DNA of 64,000 nucleotides, from assembly GCF_001194135.2 (NCBI RefSeq), contig NC_068986.1:106635429-106699428 (forward strand), in the 5' to 3' direction. Below the pieces are notes generated by a model. That model did no database searches. It saw only the letters and a program-made list of their open reading frames with translations, and was not told where the DNA came from. The translations under genes were made by a program, and so were the position numbers. The stretch comes from Octopus bimaculoides. Its lineage: Eukaryota. Below are positions 54,744 through 64,000 of this stretch, in pieces (the first letter of the stretch is position 1; the number at the start of each line of letters is the position of its first letter).

Positions 54744-55761
54744 ATGGGCTCTGTAGACTTTCCATCAACAAAATTTACTCATAATTTTAGTCGAACATAC
54801 TTGCTCTAGGTGACGTGCAATGGGACCGATCTCGAAATGAAATATTTACAAAGCAATGCCTGCAACTATGTTCGTCATTGTGCCACAGTAAATATTGAGA
54901 CATGAAATGGGTAACACATTGGGTGAAAAGGACGAATTTGATATCCTTGATGGTAGAACATGTCCATATTTTATGGAAGGGCACCAAATTCACCAGGAGT
55001 CGAAAATTATTTTCCCTCACTTGAGAGACTTGCGTTTAGCTCCGATACAAGATTTATACTTTTATTCTTTTACATGTTTCAGACATTAGACTGTGGTCAT
55101 GGAGGAAAATTGAAGGAAAATATGGAACGCTTCACTAATATGTGTATGATTCCTATTCAGAAGCCATGATAAATTTCTGTGCATCGTTTGAGTTTTAGTA
55201 TATGTACTGCCGAATTGTGTACGCAAATTAATTTTTAAGATGGCGATCTGAGTCGTTCGAAGCAGTACAAAGTTCCACCGTGATGTTCTTCGCCTTTCAT
55301 TCATTCGTAGTCGATAAAATAAATACCAGTTTATCACTGGAGTTAATGAAATCGACTCTGAAATTTCTCAAATCATATTAGTTTTCCATTTTGTTAGCTA
55401 AAACCCATGACTGCCTTTGTGTTCATGACAGATAATTATTCTGAGTTTGGAGAGGATTGTGTTTGGGATTTCTAGTTAGTTTAGCATCAGATATGTGAAG
55501 TTGATCGTATAGCAGTTGATCATTTTAAGTGTACATGCAAAAGAGCTAATAATGTCTTTTGTTTTGTTATTCTTTAAAACAATAGCAGTTGACATGAGTC
55601 AATCTGAGCATCACATTGATCACTATATAATTAACTATCAGTATAACGTTACACTCGCAATCACACATAGGAATATATTGATACAAATATAGAGAAAAGT
55701 ATAAGTATAGAATGATGAATATATAGTTATATATAAGCACACTCATGTACGTATGTATGGT

Positions 55762-56136
55762 TGAGGCGCAACGGTCCAGTGGTTAGGGCAGCTGCCTCGC
55801 GGTCGTTGGCAGTTTGGATTCCCAGACCGAGTGTTGTGGGTGTTTATTGAGCGAAAACAACTCAAAGCCCCACGAGGCTCCGGCAAGTGGAAGTGGTGAA
55901 CCCTGTTGTACTCACATCACAACTTTCTCTCACTCTTTCTTCCTGTTTCTGTTGTACATGTATTTCAAAGGGCCAACCTTGTCACACTCTGTGTCACGCT
56001 GAATCTCCCCGAGAACTACTTTAAGGGTACAAGTGTCTGTGGAGTGCTCAGCCACTTGCACATTTATTTCATGAGCAGGTTGTTCCGTTGATCGGATGAA
56101 CTGAAGCCTCGTCATCGTAACCGACGGAGTGCCACG
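55762..56136 (+). mobile_element. SINE family 2, diverged
   Basis: Colinear with 41890-42275. Confidence 0.85.
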
Positions 56137-57374
56137 ACATATGTATACATCGATAAGCACAAACTCATATTCATATGAAAAACATTATATACGTAGCAAA
56201 GTAATTTAAGTGCCAGTAAATAGTCTGAAGTCGTACAACAAAAATATTGACATTTCAACCAATAAAATTAATTTCATTGAAACAATATTATTTTGCGTAA
56301 ATAATTAATAACAATTCCAATTATAATGTATATAAACAAAATATAATGGCGACAAGGTGATTCAAACCAGCACCAATTGAATACAGTGTTCCCAGTCACA
56401 TATATTTCGACAAATTGCATGTATAGCTCTTTTCTCTCATGCGGCAGTTTTCAATGCCGACCTGTTCCATTTCAGTACAAATGAATAAATAAATGAAAAG
56501 ATGCGAATCCCTGGTTCAATCTGTGGCGGGAAAAGTTATAAAAGAAATACATAAGTTGCGCACAATTCTAACGAAAAATCAATTTTCAAAGAAATTAATT
56601 TTCGGTGTGAGGATTATTGTTGGTACAGCCACAACTATCAAACTTTACGGTAGCAACCAAGAAATTGTTGGAGTAGGGAGCCTAAAAGCTTTAATGTACT
56701 TGCTAGAAATATCAACCAAATCTTCACAATAACGTACGTTATTTTATAACTCATTATATGAGAGGGAAAGATTATGACTGAAAAATGAAATATCACAATA
56801 TCATACGTTATATCATAAATCATTAGAGAAGAGGGAAAGATATAACGTCTACGAATATATTTTGATCATAGTTCTTTTTGTTAATCGCTCATGTAAATTA
56901 AACAACAATAATAATTATTTGAAAAATGCATTCCACCTAGGCCTTCGAGTGGAATTTCACTCAAAATAGATTCGATATTATTGATGTGATAAAAGTGTAA
57001 AATAATTAAAAGATGTTTATATTCAAAACGAAAGGTAATTAATGTTAGAGCCATATGTCTAGAGAATAATTATAATAGTTCTTTATGTCACATTTTATAA
57101 ACAAAATTCTAAATATGCTACTAGACATGTAACTTGCCTCGAAATTCTAAATGAGATTTGAAAATTATTTGGCAAACTAAAATTAACTAATTTTGCAAAA
57201 TTTTTCAGAGTATGAGTTTAGCCACCGCATGTGGTATATGGAAATCGTAAACATACATTCTCTCCATGAATTTCTAATTTATATCTATAATACGAATATG
57301 TTTTAATGTTTACAATGACACATTCATTGTTAGTTTTGCTATTAGTGTTTAACAGTAATTCATGACCGATATAT

Positions 57375-57572
57375 ATTTTTCTACTCTATGCACAAGGGAC
57401 GAAAGTATGGCGGAGGAGGGACAGTCGATTAGATCGACCCCAGTAGGCAACTGGTACTTAGTTTAGCGAACCCGAAAGGACGAAAGGCAAAGTCGACCTC
57501 GGCGGAATTTGAAATCAGAACATAAAGAGAGACAAAACATCGCTAAGCATTTCGTCCGGCGTGCTCGCCGCA
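57375..57572 (-). mobile_element. SINE family 3 with 13-bp target-site duplication
   Basis: Flanked by TCATGACCGATAT on both sides. The site is empty in units A, B and C. Confidence 0.85.
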
Positions 57573-57841
57573 AATCATGACCGATATGGAACGCGACAAA
57601 TAACACAGGAGAATTTAGAAAATTAGGACAGAAGAATACAAAATCATTTGGCGATGGAGACGAACCCTCAATTAGGAAATTCCATCTGGGGACATGTAAT
57701 GCAATGTATTAATTAATGAAGGAGGGAGTTATTTTCCATGAATACTGGTTGTAATTCTAGCAAACGGAACATGAAGTTATGAATGAGAGATTCACTAAAG
57801 TTCTCAGGCTTCCATTCTATTGGAACATAATTACGCCTCCC

Positions 57842-57950
57842 CATTCAATGCTTACAATTACAAGATTACATAAAGATTACATTCAATGCTTACAATTACA
57901 AGATTACATACAAGATTACATTCAATGCTTACAATTACAAGATTACATAC
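57842..57950. repeat. 38-39 bp tandem repeat, about three copies
   Basis: cattcaatgcttacaattacaagattacat repeated three times. Confidence 0.9.
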
Positions 57951-57959
57951 ATAGTGAGC

Positions 57960-59230
57960 CGGATTGCTGAAATGAGGTACTACATCCCTTTCTTCATCTT
58001 CAAAGTAAACCAATTAAACGCCAATCACATTGATAACGAGGTAAAAATTTAAAAAATTATCAACAGCCGTGGAGATCGCACTGGCTAAAATATAGGAGGA
58101 GTAGCGACTTTTCTCAATTGTTTCTATGAAAATCTCAAGCAATAATAGAAACAGGCTTCCAAGAGAGAAAAAGTACTCAACATGAGAGTCAAAAGACTTT
58201 ATAAAAATCAACCAATTAAAATACAACCGCAAACAAAAACTACAATCAGCAGCAATAAAAGGCTTGAATTGAAAAAAAAAACAGCGTCTGCAGTTCAGCG
58301 AGAAAACCTACATAGATGCTCGAAGAGCTGCTGACAAAAATTGGGTAATCAAAAAAAAAAACAGTTTCCGAAAATGTTTTATTCCTATGCCAACAATCGT
58401 AGGGACGCCCTCTCATCCGTTGATCCATTAATTGGTCGACACGCATAAATATGAGACTAATCTTTGTCTTCAATTTTATCCGCGTCATGTCATATTTATT
58501 ATACTATAGCATTCCTCTGCTACTGCCTGTAGAGTTAGTTTCTGGTCCTCTTCAAATCGTGTTAACATGTAGGAATTTACATCTGCATCGTTGCATGCAG
58601 TTAGCTTTGAACATGCTCGAGCTTAATGCATTTTATTGAAATGTTTCTCATTGTCTGATTACAATCTCAGCATAGATGACGAAATCTTCATCATCTTTTT
58701 TTTTACCTAATTTAATCACTGCCAATGAATATTTAACAGGGACATTCTTTACTGAAAATTTCTGCACCAAAAGTATTGGACGTTCTTCAGAAGCTATATT
58801 ACTATATTTAGCGATCTCAAGGATATTGACGCAAGGGATCTGAACGAACTCATTCCTCAACCTATTATCTTGGAGAGAACAATCATCGCCTCTAACATCA
58901 TAGCAACAATAAATAAAATCATGTACTATTCTGCTGTAGAACCTGATAGATCCACCGCTAGTTTCCTGTTCTATTTAAAATTATCATAAATCAAATCAGA
59001 GGAAAAGATTCGATTAACCTCAAACAAAATCTGGTCAAATTTCAATGGATACCAGATAAGCCACCTTTACCTGGACACATCTTATTCAACAAATTCTTTC
59101 TTGAATAGGTCATGTTACCACAAAACGTGTCTTAAAAAATAACTTAACAGAACCTATCAGTTGGTGCAATTAAATTAGACATGGCCTGAGTCACACTTTG
59201 ACCGAGATATATTTAGGTAAAGTTATATAT
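57960..59230 (+). mobile_element. Paralog of the 12.9-14.7 kb LINE relic, internally deleted
   Basis: Colinear similarity, e.g. catgtactattctgctgtag.acctgatagat and cagataagccac. Confidence 0.7.
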
Positions 59231-60228
59231 ACAAGAAATTTCGATAAACACAAGTTCCTATGTAGGTTGGCTAAATGCTTTCAAAGAGTGATAGACCTTC
59301 AAAAGCCAAGCTTTTGCAGTAACTGTACCCTGCTTTAGATGGAGTGAACAATGCTTTGGTGCAACACAATGACATCCACTGCAAGCATTTTTACCACTCT
59401 TAATGCCATAGTTAGTTACTAGAAGAATTTCCTTCAAGAAATAAAGCCGTAGTTCTTTGAGCCTCTACCTGCACTTCATCTGTTGCACAGTTGCAAACGG
59501 CTTAATATAGCAGCGTTGGATTGCTTCTAGCCCACTTGTTACTTTGACACTATGCAGTGATAATCCAAGGGGCCGAGAAAAAATTTGCTCCATGGAGCCA
59601 ACGATTATCTTAGTGTCTCGTCCTGAAGGACCTTACTATCCATCCTGCCAACTGTCTACACACTGTTGATATCTTGGCAATGTCTGTGTGTGATGCTCTC
59701 GGGTCCTGAATATCCAATCTCTGGTGCATTTGAAATTTTGCAGCATTAAACAGCATATAGTCTTCGACAGACCACTTGTGTAATGCTTTAAGATGCCGCA
59801 GTACATACACACACACACACACACGCACACACACACACACACACACACACNNNNNNNNNNNNNNNNNNNNNNNNNNNNNNNNNNNNNNNNNNNNNNNNNN
59901 NNNNNNNNNNNNNNNNNNNNNNNNNNNNNNNNNNNNNNNNNNNNNNNNNNNNNNNNNNNNNNNNNNNNNNNNNNNNNNNNNNNNNNNNNNNNNNNNNNNN
60001 NNNNNNNNNNNNNNNNNNNNNNNNNNNNNNNNNNNNNNNNNNNNNNNNNNNNNNNNNNNNNNNNNNNNNNNNNNNNNNNNNNNNNNNNNNNNNNNNNNNN
60101 NNNNNNNNNNNNNNNNNNNNNNNNNNNNNNNNNNNNNNNNNNNNNNNNNNNNNNNNNNNNNNNNNNNNNNNNNNNNNNNNNNNNNNNNNNNNNNNNNNNN
60201 NNNNNNNNNNNNNNNNNNNNNNNNNNNN

Positions 60229-60271
<43 letters not shown>

Positions 60272-61688
60272 TTTATATATAGGTGAATGTTATCCAGAAA
60301 GGTATTACTCGATCGTCGAAACATACTTGGAGAATCAAAAAGAAATTAATTTTCGATATCCAAATAACGAAAACATACAAATCATGATCAGATGCATTTG
60401 TAATCCAAAACTAAATAAATGAAACGATATCCTATCCTTATACAGACATAACTTTACAAACGCTTCTGACTTAGTGGGGAAGCTTTGCCTGTTTATTTTT
60501 ACACAGTGCCAATGTAGCATTAAGTTGTGGTTTTCAACGTGCTATATAAGAACAAAGATAGAAGTATTTGCTTATAATTCAAGTCATAAGTTTACTCAAA
60601 CGAAAAATCGTTATTGAAGTCGAATAGTAAATATTCTACTGGTCTTTCCACTTATATCTGGAGATGGAAAGGTTCTTGTGACAGCATGTTACATATAACT
60701 TGGTGCGTACTTGCTTACGTGTATTCATTATCACAATATTGTAACAAGAGAAATGAGCATATATGTCATCTTTCAATTAACCAGTAAACTTTTATTGTCA
60801 GCGAAAATGAGCAGGTTGGATAATGAACTTATAATCTGTATGTGTATAACACAATTACTACTCCATAAATTTCGAAAATAAAGAGATAAATGGCGACTGT
60901 CATTGAAAAACTTTCAATGAAAGGGCTTGCACAATCTCACATTGTATAGCTTTCATTTTCAATTTTCTTTATGTTTTATTTTCTTTCAAGCTGCTTCGTA
61001 CTTGTTATTATATTATATACTTCATTTTAATTTTCGGAATGGAAATTTCTGAACTCCGATTATTGGTGAACGAATTCTCATTATACAAGCTGTAATTCAT
61101 TTTTCTCTCATTTCATTTCTCATTGCGTTTTCTTTCTTTAATAATGGTGTAATGTTTTAGAATACCAGAGTATGAGGTACTTCTTAACCTTTTCTAACCT
61201 AACTATGACAAATATAATTTCATCAGAATTCAACGTACGATGAATATAAAGAAACAAAGTTTGCTCTAGAAGCGTTGAGATGTATTGAAAGATACAGAAA
61301 TAATTTATTCTCAAACGCATGATAATGCTAAGACATGGTTGGCCGGTAACGAATTTTTCTGCAGTATACGGATAGCTTATTCTGTTCGTGCTATTGTCTT
61401 AGCATTATCATGCCTTTGAAAATAAATTATCTCTGTATCTTTTAATTTAAAATATAAATATTCATTTGATATTGTTGGTTTTGTTTGTGAATTAACTGAT
61501 TTGAATCTATTCAACATATTTAAAAATTTATTTGCATACTCGACTAGTTACATTTTTGCTTTTGGTTTCCTTCTTTGAAGGGTTTTATTAAATGTTTCTT
61601 GTTTCATGTCTTTCGATAACGAAGATTCGAACTTTGAAATTCTAGGTCAACAAGTTTAGAATTTAGTTTATATATATGTATACACACA

Positions 61689-61755
<67 letters not shown>

Positions 61756-61767
61756 ATGTGTGTGTGT

Positions 61768-61798
<31 letters not shown>

Positions 61799-63063
61799 CG
61801 TATGCATGACTGGTAACATCTGTTCTCAAAATCTACAACGTCAACCCTTCAACCCTTCCCCCCATCGCCACACATATATTTATCCCGCAATTCTTCACTC
61901 TAATTCTTCCGATAACTTGATCACTCACAGCTCCATATTTCTGTACTAACTCTGGTACCTCTGCATGCCCATCCTAGCTTCTAACCTACCTTCACCCCAA
62001 TTGAGCTACCTAAATCATCCTTCCCCTAATACTTGCCTTCCTCTTCACCCATTCTACCAATACATTTTCCTGTCTCCTCACCTAAGAATCTAAATTTTTA
62101 TCTGTCCACCCTGAAGACATGAAGTCGAAGGCCAGATCTATTCAATGTGTATTTGCTTATTGTTTAGAACTACATCTGCTAACATTGTGAAATAAATACA
62201 AACCTCCGAAAACAGCTGTCGCACTTGTAACGCCATACATTAAAGTTTTCAGGGTCTATGTTTATTTATGCTTATCTGGTTTCCTAAATTACAACAATCG
62301 GTCTTGTGTCCGTGATATAGCTGCATTCAACGTAGGGCAATCTTTGGATGCTCTTATAAATAAAGAAATAAGACGCTTCTCATAACCCAGCAAATGCGGT
62401 AAATATTCGTTAATCTAATGAAGTTTTGATGGAATATCGTTTACGCGTGTAACAGTCTCATATATTATTCTATTGTTTTGAAGGACAAAAGTTTTGGTAT
62501 ATGTTTTCTTGGTCATTAAATTGTTGGAATTTATAGGATTGTGTATAAGTAATAATGTATGATCGGTAATTCTGTGTATCCTTGATANNNNNNNNNNNNN
62601 NNNNNNNNNNNNNNNNNNNNNNNNNNNNNNNNNNNNNNNNNNNNNNNNNNNNNNNNNNNNNNNNNNNNNNNNNNNNNNNNNNNNNNNNNNNNNNNNNNNN
62701 NNNNNNNNNNNNNNNNNNNNNNNNNNNNNNNNNNNNNNNNNNNNNNNNNNNNNNNNNNNNNNNNNNNNNNNNNNNNNNNNNNNNNNNNNNNNNNNNNNNN
62801 NNNNNNNNNNNNNNNNNNNNNNNNNNNNNNNNNNNNNNNNNNNNNNNNNNNNNNNNNNNNNNNNNNNNNNNNNNNNNNNNNNNNNNNNNNNNNNNNNNNN
62901 NNNNNNNNNNNNNNNNNNNNNNNNNNNNNNNNNNNNNNNNNNNNNNNNNNNNNNNNNNNNNNNNNNNNNNNNNNNNNNNNNNNNNNNNNNNNNNNNNNNN
63001 NNNNNNNNNNNNNNNNNNNNNNNNNNNNNNNNNNNNNNNNNNNNNNNNNNNNNNNNNNNNNNN

Positions 63064-63504
63064 AGGTCTTCTGTTTTGGTACATTTGAACCATTGTTTAC
63101 TCAGTGAATCGAAAACGAGCGATGTTTCATCAGGACAATGCGTGACCCCACACTGAGAAGATCATATCACAGAAGATCGAAGAGCTTGGTTGGGAAAAAA
63201 TTCCTCATCCACCTTATTCTCCCGACCTTGCTCCTTCAGACTGCCATTTGTTTCGTAGTTTACAGAATCATTTGGGGGACATAACTTTCGCAAGCCAGGA
63301 GGAGGTCGAAACTGACATTTCAGATTTCTTCGTTTGAAACCAAAAGAGTTTTACATTGATGGGATTAAAAAGCTTGTAAATAGATGGAAGGAAGTCATAG
63401 ATAATCAGGGAAAGTACATTGATAATTAACTTTCAATTAAATATAACATTTGTTCACTTGTTTTCTTTATTCAAAATTCAAACAGTATTTATGGGATGAC
63501 CTGA
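63064..63504 (+). mobile_element. Mariner transposon 3' part, defective
   Basis: FHQDNA*PH...LGWEKIPHPPYSPDLAPSDCHLF, ending in ATGACCTGA-TA. Confidence 0.9.
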
Positions 63505-63714
63505 TATATATAAAATGCTACACTGTTATTATTGAGAGCCTCTTCTGATATGTGGGAATTGGTGAATAATAGAGTTTGATGTCGCTACCCGCATTGCACC
63601 TCCCGCCGCTAGGTAGGTTCATATGGGACTCTCGATAGGCAAAGTTCCAGTTTTGATTTGAAAACACCTACGCCCACTTTATTTACGTCCTTCAGGCTCT
63701 TTGGGAGAATATTA

Positions 63715-63965
63715 AACATCTATGGTCCTTTGAAAGCCAGACCGTTGCAGCATCTGGTCAAGAAGCGCGATGGCTTTGTTGGGATCTTTGGCATTGTGCA
63801 GTGTTGACCCGTTCCGGCATTGGTGTACTTTTCCATGCCAAAATTTTGCACAGATCCTTCTAGGATCTTCCACATGTACATTATTGCATCTCTCTCACGC
63901 ATTCGCTCCAGGGAGTAGAGCCTTAGCTGTTTCAGCTTTTCCCAGTAACTGAGCTGTTGCAATAA
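63715..63965 (-). mobile_element. LINE RT C-terminal fragment
   Basis: LSYWEKLKQLRLYSLERMRERDAIMYMWKILEG...LAFKGP is a typical LINE C-terminal segment. Confidence 0.85.
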
Positions 63966-64000
63966 ATATATCAATGTGTACAAATATATATATATATATA

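Larger units (their letters stand above)
51560..62588. repeat. Segmental duplicate unit D (left-truncated), probably including the distal end of a further unit
   Basis: 51570-57840 matches 32430-36870, 57960-59790 matches 12900-15110, and 60270-62588 matches 37400-39600. Confidence 0.8.

Noticed and set aside
57842-57950. Short direct repeats resembling a CRISPR array
   Set aside because: Contiguous tandem copies without unique spacers, in eukaryotic DNA.
45992-63504. The two mariner halves as one element split by a 16-kb insertion
   Set aside because: The ends share only TCAGGTCAT and then diverge, and the 62589-63063 gap hides the junction. Two independent copies are simpler.

Overview
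AT-rich, microsatellite- and gap-ridden eukaryotic DNA. The tRNA-derived SINEs, internal (TA)/(CA) tracts and LINE, Penelope and mariner relics look like an octopus genome (inference, not a database match). None of the long track ORFs is a real gene: they are gaps, microsatellites, a GGAAT satellite or transposon relics. The main content is absent from the ORF track as a gene. It is a tandem array of four diverged segmental duplicates (A about 0.7-18.2 kb, B about 20.6-39.6 kb, C about 41.6-51.1 kb, D about 51.6-62.6 kb), each carrying a minus-strand, multi-exon gene. The gene has a 70-nt signal-peptide exon (MY[TIS]FPV[TS]LFLL[LV]ILPKGVTNAPE) followed by phase-1/phase-1 cysteine-rich exons of 123-132 nt, plus conserved candidate microexons of 28, 20 and 15 nt. 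Copies A and B look most complete. C keeps only the signal exon and some distal segments, and D lacks everything after the first Cys exon. The first Cys exon diverges far more than the signal exon or flanking introns, a pattern seen in toxin and immune-effector families. I cannot assign the protein to a known family from sequence alone. A near-canonical hammerhead ribozyme core lies at about 5.73-5.82 kb. All alignments and substitution counts were done by hand and are approximate.
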